From NCBI RefSeq assembly GCF_009914755.1, contig NC_060929.1: a stretch of DNA of 64,000 nucleotides. The stretch is one strand, 5' to 3'. Position numbers and translations under genes: made by a program. The notes beneath the pieces were generated by a model that saw only the letters and a list, made by a program, of their open reading frames with translations, did no database searches and was not told the origin of the DNA. Below are positions 1 through 14,294 of the stretch, piece by piece; positions within the stretch are counted from its first letter, which is position 1; every line of letters begins with the position of its first letter. Origin of the DNA: the human T2T-CHM13v2.0 reference genome, Homo sapiens.

Positions 1-6
1 TCTCCC

Positions 7-101
7 AGTTAGCCAGGATGGTCTCGATCTCCTGACCTCATGATCTGCCCGCCCTGGCCTCCCAGAGTGCTGGGATTACAGGCGTGAGCCACTGTGCCTG
101 G
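7..101 (-). mobile_element. Alu, left-arm part (cut by window edge)
   Basis: Reverse-complement Alu 5' arm: ...ggtctcgatctcctgacctc...gctgggattacaggcgtgagccac. Confidence 0.9.
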
Positions 102-102
102 A

Positions 103-405
103 TTTTTTTTTTTTTTTTTTTTGGAGACGGAGTCTCACTCTGTCGCCCAGGCTGGAGTAGAGTGGCGTGATCTTGGATTACTGCAACCTTTGCCTCCCAG
201 GTTCAAGCGATTCTCCAGCCTCAGCCTCCTGAGTAGCTGGAATTACAGGCACCTGGCACCATGCCCGGCAAATTTTTGTATTTTTAATAGAGACAGGGTT
301 TCACCATGTTGGGCAGGCTGGTCTCGAACTCCTGACCTCAAGTGATCCACCCTCCTTGGCCTCCCAAACTGCTGGGATTACAGGTGTGAGCCATCACACC
401 TGCCC
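103..405 (-). mobile_element. AluS (Sx-like), full length
   Basis: Poly-T followed by both Alu arms in reverse complement. Confidence 0.95.
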
Positions 406-1290
<885 letters not shown>

Positions 1291-1427
1291 TACCAAGATG
1301 AATACTCCCAGATTTTAAATTTTTTTAAGCTCTGAATATTTGATGAAGAAAATGTCTCCTCGAGTACCAATTTGCCTCTAAACAAATATTTATAAGGCAA
1401 GAATACCAAAATAAACCCACGTGAAGT

Positions 1428-1601
1428 TTTTGTTTTTGTTTTTAAGATGGAGTCTTCACTCTGCCACCCAGGGTGAAATGCAATGGTGCAATCATTGAAG
1501 GTTCAAGGCTCACTGCAGCCTTGAACTCCTGAGCTCAGGCAATCCTCCCGCCTTAGCCTCCCAAGTTGCTGGGACTACAGGTGTACATGACCAGACCAGC
1601 T
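1428..1601 (-). mobile_element. Alu monomer / truncated AluJ
   Basis: T-rich tail then ggctcactgcagccttgaactcctgagctcaggcaatcctcccgcc. Confidence 0.85.
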
Positions 1602-2258
1602 CCCCCTGATAACCACAGGCAACCCCTCAATAAATATTGAGTGATTTAATGATGCAGAAGAGAATATTTTAAAGGATATTACAGTGGCTCACAGAATTTT
1701 CAGAGGAACCACACAATCAGATTAATGAGTCTGTACCTGCTTTCTCTTTAATTCATTTTTGTGAATAAGTAAATATATGCTGTGTGTGTTTGGGGAGATG
1801 GGTTGATTTGGCTGTAGGTCACTAATACTGCTTAAATTAGACTTGATATTTCCAGGATCTTATCACGTTCCATCTGGATAAATTGAGCTCCAACTATCAG
1901 ATCAGGAGGAGGGTGACGGCTCTTTTCCATGTACTATTTCTCCTAGGATAGGGGACTGACTTTATGGGGATTCTATGATTACTATGGGAAAACATTTCTA
2001 GGGCATGCTCTCACCTCCAAATGTTGGCCCTTGCTGTTCCTGCTGTGTGAACACTGCCCCCATGTACACCAGGCATGCTCCTTTGTTCACATCTGCTCAA
2101 ATGTCACCTTTTCATTTGGGTGAGATCTTTTCCGACCAAGCTATCTAAGATCGTAACTCCATGGCTCCCCTTGGCACTCCCCGTTTCCTTTCCCTACTTC
2201 TCCAGCATATTGTGTATTCATTTTACTTATTTGTAAAATAAATTTGCTTCTACTGCCT

Positions 2259-2609
2259 ATATTAGTCCGTTTTCATGCTGCTGATACAGACCTACCCAAG
2301 ACTGGGAAGAAAAAGAGGTTTAATTGGACTTACAGTTCCACATGGCTGGGAAGGCCTCAGATTCATGGCAGGAGGTGAAAGGCACTTCTTACATGGCGGT
2401 GGCAAGAGAAAATGAGGAAGATACAAAAGCGGAAACCCCTGATAAAACCATCAGATCTCATGAGACTTATTCACTACCGTGAGAACAGTATGGGGGAAAC
2501 TGCCCCCATGATTCAAATTATCTCCCACCAGGTCCCTCTCACAACACATGGGAATTATGGAAGTACAATTCAAGATGAGATTTGGGTGGGGACTCGGCGA
2601 AACCATATT
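2259..2609 (-). mobile_element. THE1-type MaLR solo LTR, inserted in an L2 fragment
   Basis: tattagtccgttttcatgctgctgat ... gatgagatttgggtggggac...aaccatat matches THE1 LTR reverse complement. Confidence 0.9.
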
Positions 2610-2739
2610 ATTGTCCTTAGTATCTGCCCTGCTTCATTAGAATGTAAGCTCTCCAAGGACAGAAATTTTTGTTTTACTACTCCTGTATTGCCAGCACCAA
2701 CAACAGTGCCTGGCACACTCAATAAATATTGAGTGAATT

Positions 2740-3230
2740 AATGATGCAAAATAGAATACTTTAAAGGATATGAAAGTGGCTCACAGAATCTCCAGAGGGA
2801 CCACAGAATTAGGCTTGGAGTCTACAGAGCAGGTGCAATGCCCAGGTGATACCATCAAATCATCAGGTGAGCCCCACCACTGCCAGCACGGGAAGGGGGC
2901 CTGCAGCCTGTACTGTGGATGCTGGGCACTAGGACCCTCTGTCAGAGCCACTGGTGAGATCCTGGGGAGTTCTCATCGATAGAGTCTCTCCTGTCCTTGG
3001 CAGAATTGATCCCAAGAATCACAGTCTTTTTACCTCATTTTCTTTGGAATTAAATCCTTAAGTGAGTGCATCTGATTGGAAGAACTAGGTCACTTGCCAG
3101 AGTCCAGCTACAAGGGAGCTGGGAAGGTGAGTTTCTGGCTTTTACTTTGACTGAGAAAGTGGGTCTCAAAGGTGGAAAATTTCCAAACATAGGATGCTTG
3201 TCCAAAAGGGAGTAGTAGGCAGAGAAAAAA
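2740..3230. mobile_element. Old MLT1-like MaLR LTR fragment
   Basis: gcatctgattgg...ctaggtcac...ccagctacaagggagctgggaag motif typical of MLT1; very diverged. Confidence 0.5.
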
Positions 3231-3434
3231 ACCCAATGCACAGCCAATTTAAGTACCTATTACGACCAAACAGAGGTGTGAGCCAATGTCTCCAGTTAGC
3301 AAGTTAAGAAACAGACCACAGAAGGGTTCACAGTATCATGTGGTATATGGAGTGAGACTGAAAGGAAATGCTATGGACAAATTGGGTCAGGAGGAGAAGG
3401 ATCTGTAAAGCTCCTTTCTAAAATTAGGGTTTTA

Positions 3435-3783
<349 letters not shown>

Positions 3784-5967
3784 TCATCTCTTAATCTTAG
3801 GTCATGTGATACAATTGAATCAAGACAAATCATCCCATTAATAATAAGAATTAAGTGGTCACTAAACTTATGTATGCTATTGCTACCAGGAAATGCAAGT
3901 GACTGGCTTTGAGGTAGCCAAGAGCCCCCTGAAAATAAATCCACAATTTGCGGAATATGAGTGAGTGTGCATTATTTTGCGGTGAAGGTTGAGCGTTTTT
4001 AAGATTTTCAAGTGGGTTTGTGACTACACTCCTTCTCCCCACTGAAACCTTAATGCTTTAATGGAACCTAGTGGGCAAACAGGTCATTCTTTTTTCGTTA
4101 CTCAAATCTGAAATACTGGGCTTGGCAACATTTACAGAGGAGGATAGAATAAACTTTCATTCAAGTTGATCATTTTAGTTGGAGGAAAACATGCCATACC
4201 ATAGACCAAAGATGATAAGTTTCCCTTTTCTGTTGCCAAGTGCACAGGTTTGGATCAGCATTGTACCATGGGGTATGTTTAACTTATAGAGAAACGATTA
4301 CGTTTTGATGCCAACAGAAAAGCAAATACCTGTTTGTTATGATTAATGATACTTTTGCGCTTGGAGCTTTAATCTTGCAGTGTGGTGTTTACTTATTATG
4401 GTTTATACAATTTGTCATGCAGTCAGTATCAAAGGTGAAAGTCAAACTGCAGTATGTGAAGGGTTGTACAGAATACCATTTCCATTCTTTCTTAAACACT
4501 TTAAGCCAGTTTCTTACTGCAGCTTATGCTGTACAAAAGAGGAATGCCATGTTTTATACTAAGGAACCTTTTGAAGACTTTATCTCATATTTGTGATCTA
4601 AGTCATTTTAGTGGCACATTTCAACAGTGCCAAAATGACTGGCCAAACAAATAGATCTTGTCCCACATAAGTGCAATTGGGGTGTAAGAATGGTGGTAAG
4701 ATTTGATTTTTAAATAGTAATCGTGGAGTACATCATGAGTGTTCTAGGGGATTAATAGAAATTATTTATAAAATTATTAATAGAAACTATAAGAGAATAT
4801 TTGTTATTTATAAAGCCAAATGCAAAGTCTTACAGAAAAACTGTCAAGGGTAAATGTCATTGTGTGCTTTTTTCTCTCTTGGCTGATTTATCCCCTTGAC
4901 TGCTTGTTGTGATTCCATTGGCAGCTTCTACTCACCTCCTTTATCTGTATCTCCTTGCACTTCACAAGACACAACTAATTCTGAAGACCTTAAATTTTAG
5001 AAGATAAAGACAAGGAAGTTTATATCTACAACCTTTATGTTGATGACAGCTGTGAAGGGTTTTCATCTGTCACATGTCTGTCTCCATCCAGAGCCCCCAG
5101 GAACCCCACTTCACCTGTTATAATAGGTTTCCCACCAATAAGTCCAGGTAGGGCAGAAAAAAGAGAATGTAAAGGTAATAAAGAGGACTTTCCTGTTAGA
5201 AAAGTTGAAGTTTGAATGGGAGCTTATCCTTTCCATATTAAGCAAGACTATTATGTTCCTGGCTCCTCAGCTATAGAAAAAATTAACATAATTATATTGA
5301 GGCAGAAGGTTGAAAGGGAAAATAGGAAAAGATAAAATAATATGAGTCTGTATTTTCTGGAGATAAAGTCTTAATAGGGCCTTTGGAAGATAGATGTCCC
5401 ATCTTGCCCCAGACCCCAGGGATAAATTACTAAGCACTTCCTGTAAATTGAGGGATAGAAGTATCACTGAAGCCAACATTGTTTATTCAACAGTTTCTAT
5501 GTTTCTTCCACAAGATCTTTCACCAGGCATCAGGGAATCAAAGATGACTGAAACGTGCTTTTGACCTTACTCAACCCTCTGCTGAGGGAGATGGAGGCAG
5601 AAACAGACTATCAGAATGCCACATGGTAAGTTTGTGATCAAGATATGCACAAAGTAGGAGGTAAGTATAAATAAAGATGCCTAACCCAGCTTGGCATGGG
5701 TGGGGGTGTTGGTGAAAGTTTTCTGGGAGGAGAGCCTGAGCTAAGGCTTAGGAGATCTGTAGAAAAACAGTGGGAACTGCAATACTGTTTTCAGAATTTA
5801 TGCGGCTGAGCAGACCAAAGAGATGGGAGAGCTGGGGTTGGTGGTGAAACCAGGTGGATCAGGGTAGCAGTGGTTTGCACAGTGATTTGGGTTGGTTTGG
5901 CCACAAAAAATATGACTCCTGAGATCTTCTGACACTCACTGCATGAGGCCATAGAGGATATTGGTTA

Positions 5968-6285
<318 letters not shown>

Positions 6286-8357
6286 GAATATGGGCTGGGT
6301 TTGAATCTAGGCTTTAGCACCTATTAGTTTCTTCCTTGACAAAAAGGAGACACCTCTAGTATCTAACAGTGTTGTTATGAGGATTAAAGGAATTATGTTA
6401 GAGCTTAGAAGTGTGCCTGGAATATGTTAAGCATAAGTACTGGTTGCCATTATTGTGATTCTGAGATTGTGATGCATAGTACAATTCCTCGCAGGACTGG
6501 GTGACTAAGACCAGTGGCCAATGAGAAAGTGGCTCCCTAGAAGCCATTGCCAAGAGTAGCTCTTCAGAAGGCAATTCAAGTTATGCTGGTATTTCCCAAG
6601 GGCAGAGTCAGGGAGGAGTCTAACAGAATTACCTGGGGAGCATTGTCTGGGATTCACCCTGGATCGGCTGAATCAATATCTCCAGGGGTGGGGCCCAGGC
6701 ATGAGTAATGGGAAAAGGCTTCTGGTGATATGTCTTCCCAGGTCTCTGGCCTGACAATGTCACTGGTGCTGCCTAGCCTTGGGATATCAACTGGACAGGG
6801 GAATTCATTTAACATAGATGTGTGCTGAGAACAATATGCTGCTCTGTAGTTTTTTTAAATACACAGAAGAAATTGTCTTCCTTTCCACCCTGCAATTTAA
6901 TGCTTCAATGTGCAAATGTCAAGAGATAGGGAGAGACAAAAGGGAAAATGATAGGAGCAACAGAAGAGTTTGCCACCAAAGGGGATAGTAGGGTGGAATG
7001 ACCTGGGCTTAGAAATTTGACTTCGGAAAAGCAAGAGATGGTCTGAGGAAGAATTTGCAGCAGGCTTTGTGCATCTTGCATCACAACCACCCATGGAAGA
7101 CACTGAGTAACATGGTTAGCTGCAAATGGGCTCCCAGGAGGAAGGGACATGAGATGGGACTGGCCAGGCCTGAACGCATCTCCACATCTGGTACTGGGAG
7201 GGAATGTCCCATGTGGGTGTTTGGCAGGAAACGCTCTAAAACAAGCACTCTTGCCACAGCATAACTAAAGGTATCTTCATTAATATAAAACCTATTTATT
7301 AAACTATGAAACATGAAAAAAAAAAAAGCAACAATTGTTAGGTGTTTTGAATCTCAGAATTTAAAACGCCCCACAAGGAGAATTCTACAATGTCACTTGC
7401 CATCCTTGGGGGTGGTGTAGTTCCTATAATTTCCCACCTGGCTCTGGGGTAATACGATAGGCCAGTGACATTCATTCCACCAGCATGGGCTGGCCTGCAT
7501 GCTGCTGTTTCTTAGAGCTCTCCTGAGGCCTGCCAGGTGACCTTCTCTTTGCTGAAATGACCCTTGCCAGGGCATTCAGTAGTGTGTTAAGACACTGGGG
7601 GTTCAGGTAAAGATACGTGAGACTTTTTTTTCTATTCCATAACGTTGTAAATAATTTTTAAGTTGCCTTTAATTTTTAAGAATTATAGAAGGAACACATT
7701 CACATTGTAAAAAACAAACAAACAAACAAACAAACCTGCCCTTAATGACCTTGCAATCCAGCAGGGAAGATGTAATAATAACAAAAGGCCATTTCCTAAG
7801 TTTCTGCTGAGTAGTAGGCTCCAGTCTTCACCACAACCTCGGAAATGCCTCTAAGAGTCATACGATGTTCTTCATTTTAAGGGTGAGGAAGGTATGTTGT
7901 AGAGAGTTAAGGGAACTTGCCAAAGGAACATAGTCAAGCTAGCAAGTAGAAAGTTAGGTCTGTCTGATGGCAAAGTACTTGCTGCCTTTTCTACTCAATT
8001 ACCTTGCCTTTTAACCAGCAAATGATAAGTAACTAAAGCATGATGTGATAACTGTTATTATAATAGTATCCCCAAAGTAATATGGGCATATGACTGAGAG
8101 GGGAGAAAGGCTGATTCTGGCACCATACACAGACTAGGAATCTACCCTGTATTGGTTCAAAAGTGGTGTATAGTTGAGAGTTAATACATCTCTCCAGAAA
8201 ATTGAAAAAGGTCGTAGAAGGTTGAAAATGAGTGAATGGAGCAGGGCCAATCAATCAGCTACTTTTAGAAGAAAGTAGCTATTAGAGTTTTTCTTGTTTG
8301 TTTTTCAAGCTTGTTTCTTCTATGCTTTTTAAACTCTAAGTTTATTCATTTTTCTAC

Positions 8358-8668
8358 TTTTTTTTTTTTGAGGTGGAGTCTCGCTCTGTTGCCCAGGCTG
8401 GAGTGCAGTGGTGCAATCTCGGCTCACTGCAACCTTTGCCTCCCAGGCTCCCAGGTTCAAGCAATTCTCCTGTCTCAGCCTCCCAAGTAGCTGGGATTAC
8501 AGGTGCTCGCCACCATGCCCAACTAATTTTTTTTTTTTCTGTAGTTTTAGTAGAGACGGGGTTTCACCGTGTTGTCCAGGCTGGTCTTGAACTCCTGACC
8601 TCAAGTGATCTGCCCGCCTCGGCCTCCTAAAGTGCTGGGATTACAGGCGTGAGCCACCATGCCCGGCC
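8358..8668 (-). mobile_element. AluS (Sx-like)
   Basis: Poly-T, both arms, small internal duplication ctcccagg; TSD ttttctac. Confidence 0.95.
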
Positions 8669-8829
8669 CTTTTCTACCTATTTCTTCATAGATAATAAGT
8701 CATTTGCTAACTACCTATCCTCCTCTTTTAAACTTAAAATCTTTTGTCTGCCTTGTTTTCAAAACCTTCATAGTCTAACATAATTATTAGGCAGACATAG
8801 TGAACAGCCCTTTTTCTTTACTCCTAGAA

Positions 8830-9285
8830 ATCCTGTATTAATAGGAGCAGCAATGCACTCAGCTTAAACAGCTACATGTTTCCAGCCCCCTGTAATGGAT
8901 AGGGGTAGCCAATGAGATGTAAGTAGGAGTTGGGTGAGGCTTCCAGGGAAATCCTGTAAAGGAGGCTGACTGGACCGGGAGGTATGCCTCTTTTCCCTTG
9001 CTGTTTCCTCCTTTCTACTGTGTGGAGCATAGTTATGATGCCTGGTGCTTTAACAACTATCCTGCAATTATGAAGCTAACTTGAAAATGAAAGCCAGTAC
9101 TAGAGATGGTAAAGCAGGAAGGTAAAAGGAACGTGAGGCCTTTCTGATAATGAAACTATGAACATAGCCCAGGACTGTTTACCTCTGGACTTCTTTGTCA
9201 TAAAAGAAAAGCAAAACTCTCTCTTGTTTAAGCCATTGTTTCTTGAGTTCTCTGTTGTATGCAGCCAAACCTAATTTATACCAAC
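8830..9285 (+). mobile_element. MLT1-type MaLR LTR (old)
   Basis: tttccagcccc...gccaatgagatgtaagtagg ... ttgtttaagccattg...tgttgtatgcagccaaac. Confidence 0.65.
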
Positions 9286-9839
9286 GTGATTCCTCTAATC
9301 TGGATGGGTAACACTCTTCACCAGTGCATGAACGCTGCATGCTCATTAGAATCAGTGCATTCACTCTTGCTGGTTATCTGGCTTATAATGTTCTCCTTTC
9401 TGCCTTTGTAAAGCCTTACTGTCCTACAAAGTCCACTTCTTCCATGGAGCATCTTTGGCTTCTCCAGCCTTCATTGGCCTCTCTCCTTCCAACTTCCAGG
9501 CCTTAACATACCGCACAATTTGGCAGGAAGCCGTACCACCGAGCACTGGTCACTATTGGCTCTCCGTGTGGGTCTGCCTTTCTGACTCTTCTGTAAGCTC
9601 CTGAAGGGCAGAGCCATGTCTTTTGCTGCTTGTATTCCTTATCTGGGTTCACGTCGTTCTCTAATCAAAAATTTTCTTTTCTTTTCACCTTGACCCTTGG
9701 TAATCTGCTGCTGATTCCCAGAGATACTATAAAAAGAAAAACTTTTTTTCTGTTCCCTAACATTGTAAATAATTTTTAACTTGCCTTTAATTTTTAAGAA
9801 TTATAGAAGAAACACATGCACATTGTAAAAAAAAAATAT

Positions 9840-10360
9840 AGACATATGTAAATGCAAAGTTAAAGGGTTGTTCGTTAACCACCCTCTGCCCCAATCCTAC
9901 TCCTCTCCTGAGATACCCACTGTTGACAGCTTCCTGAGTAGCTTTGTAGACCTGCTGCAATCCATTTGTAATCATACATTGATCTATAAACATTTTTTAA
10001 TATAAAAATGGACTCCCAGTAAACATAATGTTCTGCAACTTGTTTTTCTCCCTCAGTAGCCTATCCTGGATATCTTTCCATGTTAGTACATCTAGAGCCG
10101 CACTATAATTTTTTAAAATTATACTTTAAGTTCTGGGGTACATGTGCACAACATGCAGGTTTGTTACATAGGTATACTCAGAGCCACACTATAATTTTTA
10201 AACAACACATAGTATAGGTGTTCCATAATTTATCTAACCAAATAACCATGTAAACAATTAGGTTGTTTTCAATTTTTGGTGTTACAAAAATATTGCATTG
10301 AGCATAGTTGTATATGTATCCTCATGCCCTTACATACATCTTTAGGATAAATTATTAGAA
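9840..10360 (-). mobile_element. Old L1ME-like 3' region
   Basis: gttctgcaacttgttttt; atctttccatgttagtac; ccataatttatctaacc; aggttgttttcaatttt. Confidence 0.6.
10115..10179 (-). mobile_element. Very short L1PA 3'-end insertion with TSD
   Basis: ttatactttaagttctggggtacatgtgcacaacatgcaggtttgttacataggtata is the L1PA 3' terminus; flanked by agagcc(g/a)cactataattttt. Confidence 0.9.
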
Positions 10361-10904
10361 GCAGACCTATGTTCCCCTGAATTCTGAGCTCAATAATATT
10401 ATATCTTTAATAATTTATTTCACTCTCTTCTCTCTCTTCTCCGGGAATTCTTTTTAGTGGGTTGTTGGCTATGTGAGATTAATCTTGAACACTTTCATTT
10501 GTGATTTCATATTTTCTGCGCATTTGTATTTTTAAAAACTTTCTGGGATATTTCCTCAACTTTATCTTTAACCTTCTGTTGAATGCTTAAAGTTTACTTT
10601 CTCATATTTTTAATTTCTCAGTACATTTTCTTGACCTCTGATTGTTCCCTTTTCATAGTGCCTTGTGCTTGTTTCATAAATATATTATTTTCTTGTATAC
10701 CTCCGGAGTATATTAATGAAAACTTCTGCAAAGTTCTCTTTTTTCCCCTGCGTTATCTCTGTTTTCTTTTTTCTGTCATTTAATTCTATAGCTTAATTTT
10801 GGACTCCCAACTAGGCAATATGACTAGCTGTCCATCTTTGAGGGAGGAGTATCCAGGCGTCTGTGGTTTTTAAAATTCCCTGGGTTATTCTGAAACAGTT
10901 CCAG

Positions 10905-11230
10905 TTCCATATTTTGGCTATTAATGGTGCTGCAGTAAACATGGGAATGCAGATATCTCTTTGATATATCGATTTTCTTTCTTTTGGATATATACCCAGC
11001 AATGGGATTACAGGATCATATGGAAGTTCTATTTTTAGTTTTTTGAGGAACCTCCGTACTGCTCTCCATAGTGGTGGATATACAAATTTACATTCCCACC
11101 AATAGTGTATGAGGGTTCTCCTTTCTCCACATCCTCAGCTGCATCTGTTACTGCCTGTCTTTTTGATACAAGCCATTTTAACTGAGATGAGATGATATTG
11201 CCTTGTGGTTTTGATTTGTATTTCTCTGAA
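10905..11230 (-). mobile_element. L1 (L1PB/L1MA-like) ORF2-end/3'UTR fragment
   Basis: Minus-strand ORF MLGIYPKERKSIYQRDICIPMFTAA resembles the L1 ORF2p C-terminus. Confidence 0.85.
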
Positions 11231-12319
11231 GGTTCCAAACTTAGTTCTTGGGTTATATGTTATGAGCAGTCAAATATATCTGAATGAATTTTAAAAAGAC
11301 TTAGTTAAAATATTTATATATAGTCTTTTTGAGGGGTGGGAAACTGATTCATACCAATTTTATTTATAGATTTTCCTGTCTTTTCCCTTCCTTTGCCCGC
11401 CCTTTGTAAATAGAAAAACAGGATCTTGATCCTCTTTAATGAATAATAGCTGTCCAAAGCTATACGTGCATTTTGCAGCTTCCAGATGACATCATGTTCA
11501 GAACATGAGAGCTTCATTCTCACCATCTGTCATGTCACCAGAAGTCTTAAATATAATTACAGCCCATGTGACAGTTGCACACCCATTATTTCCCACATGT
11601 ATTATCAGTGACTAGTTGCAGCACCCTAATTAAAATGGTGTTAGTGTCTCAATTATCAACTCTGTTTTTTAAGGGTTTTTATTATATAACTATGAAAACT
11701 TGCTCTGGGCTGAGATTTAACATGTTTATGTCAGTGTTCAGCAGGTGTTAGAGGACTGGAGAAATCCTAGATTTTGAGTTGTTCTGCACACCTGAGCACT
11801 CTGGTGGTGCGCCTGGAAACAAAACTGCTGACTAATGGAAGATTTATAGACAAACCATGCATTTGGAACATTATCCAGCTGGCCTGCCTTGTACAGTTAT
11901 GTCCTGGAGATCAAAAAGGGGCCTTTGAGTTGTTTTAAAATTTAAGAAGTTGGCTACAACTTGAGGATACCTGGAGCCATTTTGGCAAGAAAAAGCAGTG
12001 ATCTAAATATTCACTTTCTGAGATGAAGATTGTTCTAGATCCTAAGAAAAACCTCTGCAGTTACTAGCCCTTCACAAGTCAAAAAGGTCTGGCTCTCTGA
12101 AAGGCCAGGAGATATAGCCAAAAGGTGATTTCCTAGAAATTTTGGTTTGGAAGGTTTAGAAAGGAGCAGAGTAACTGATTGTCTATGTAGCTGTGGATCG
12201 GTTGACAGGTGGAAAGAAAAAAATGTGTCTGGGCTAGAGTCTAAATACTTCCCAAACTACCCTTGTGTTTCAGGATGTTCAGGAAGGGTGGTTCCCTCTC
12301 TACCCAAAGCCCTTTGAAA

Positions 12320-12509
12320 CAGGACTGTGCAACAGAACTTTCTCTGATGATGGAAATATTCTTGATCTGTGCTGTCCAATGGGAACATGTGGCTATTGAG
12401 CACTCAGTATGTGGCTACTGCAATGAGGAAATGAATTTTTCATTTTACTTAATTTTAATAAATTTAAATGCCACATGAGGCTAATAGTTACCATAGTGGA
12501 TAGTGAAAG
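12320..12509. mobile_element. MER3-like hAT-Charlie MITE
   Basis: cagaactttctctgatgatggaaatattct...ctgtgctgtccaat...ccacatgaggcta. Confidence 0.75.
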
Positions 12510-12736
12510 AGTCAGTAATTTTTGTTGGGGTTACTGCGTTGAACAGTGACAATGGTGATGTCCTTTAGCTACAAATGGCCACATCTCAGTATTTAGGAAC
12601 TGAATAGAATTGGTGTTTCCTATAAAATGGAATCTCTTTATTATATTTTCCTCTTTTCAGAGTGAATCCCCTGAGAAGTTCTTGAGGTATGGTCCTGGCT
12701 CTAGAGGGTAAAAAATTGCACCTAAAAGAAGGTCAG

Positions 12737-13041
12737 GCCTGGCGCAGTGCTCACACCTGTAATCCCAGCACTTTGGGAGTTGGAGGCAGAAGCGGGAGGA
12801 CTGAGGATTGCTGGACGCCAGGAGTTTGAGATCAACCTGGGCAATATAGGGAGACCCCGTCTCAACAAAAATAAATAAATAGCCAGGTATGTGGCACATG
12901 CCTGTGGTCCCAGCTACTTGGGAGGCTGAGGTGGGAGGATTATTTGGGCCTGGGAGTTGAGGCTGCAGTGAGGTGCAGCTGCACCACTTTATTCCAGCCT
13001 GAGTGACAGAGTGAGACCCTGTCTCAAAAAAAAAAAAAAAA
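12737..13041 (+). mobile_element. AluJ
   Basis: Both arms, poly-A; aaggtca repeated on both flanks. Confidence 0.92.
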
Positions 13042-13377
13042 AGGTCAATATGCAAAGGAAGGGTCTCAATAATGTGAATCTCTAGAGACTGGCTCTGGAG
13101 GTGGAGTAAATCTCTAGTGATAGAATTTTAGACCCTAAGGAATCAGCTGAAAAGAAACAATGTTTTGTCAATGGAGCATCCCCAGTGTTTCCAAATTGCA
13201 CACGTGGAAAGTGTTGAACTCTTCATAATTATTGGGCTGGCTCCACTCAAAAGGCATATTTATAATTTCCCCAATATCTTCCTTTTGCTCATGTAAATAC
13301 CAACATGAAAATATCAGCCACAATGAGTTCCATGTGCTTTCCTAAAAATACCTGAGACTAATATGGACTTCAAGAAC

Positions 13378-13656
13378 ATAGCTGCATTATGACTTTTGTA
13401 GGATCTGGGCACTTTTGCCTTCATACGCACCTTCCTCCAGAAAAATAAAAATGTAGATAAAAAGAAAAATTATATTTCACTATTGCATTGTTATAGATAC
13501 AAATATATTAATATTATATGCTAAAACATTTTCTTTGACCTAAAAGTTCATTTTTCTCTTCTGATTTTAAAAGAAATTAAAATATTTTTTGGCCCCTATA
13601 AGTATTATAGACCCTAGGCACTGAGCTTGCTATACCTGACAGGTAAGTTGCCCCTT
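13378..13656. mobile_element. hAT-type MITE (MER96-like; subfamily uncertain)
   Basis: gggcacttttgccttc...ttcttctgattttaaaagaaattaaa...ccctaggcactg...taagttgcccct. Confidence 0.55.
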
Positions 13657-13834
13657 TAGGGAAGACCTCATACTGAAAACTGGCTAAAAACAACCTATTA
13701 TTTTCTTCAAAGATTGCAAAATATTAATTTTTTGCATAGTTGGTGCTCAATAAATATCAGTTGATTAAAAATATTCAGAGATGTTAAGACTTCTCCTGTA
13801 ACAAATCTGAATATTTCTCTCTAAATCTATTATT

Positions 13835-14294
13835 TCGCTCCTCAGAGTATGGTCCACAGACCAGTAGCCTCAGCCCCAACTCAAACTTATCAGAAATGAA
13901 GAATATCAGACTCTATCTGCTACTAAGTCAGAATTTGCATTTTAACAAGATCCCCAAGTGACTCATATGCAGATTACACGGAAGCCCTGCTCACCTGCAA
14001 TTTAAACCTGATGGTTTAACATTGGAAATGGAAGAGCTGATTCCCCTTAACCACATATAATTGAGTGCGATCCTCACCCTCCTCCAGTGTCAATACATTC
14101 AGTTCCTTTAGTCCAGTGGTTCCCAACTTTGGTTGAACATTGGAATCACCTGGAGAGCTTTCAAAAAACGACCAATAACATGGGCCCAATTTTCTGGAGA
14201 TTCCGAATGATTGATCAGGTGGGCGTTCTGGGAATCAAGATTGTTTTAAAGCTTCCCAGGTGATGCTAATGTGTAGCCAGAATGAGAACTACTG
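13835..14294. mobile_element. Two MER5-family hAT-Charlie MITEs (~13835-13990 and 14114-14294)
   Basis: gcattttaacaagatccccaagtgactcatatgca; cagtggttcccaactttgg...ggaatcacctggagagc...ccaggtgatgctaatgtg. Confidence 0.75.

Noticed and set aside
5620-5670. Strong donor-like motifs ATG|GTAAGT and GAG|GTAAGT
   Set aside because: Inside L2-like sequence upstream of the promoter, with no convincing paired acceptor
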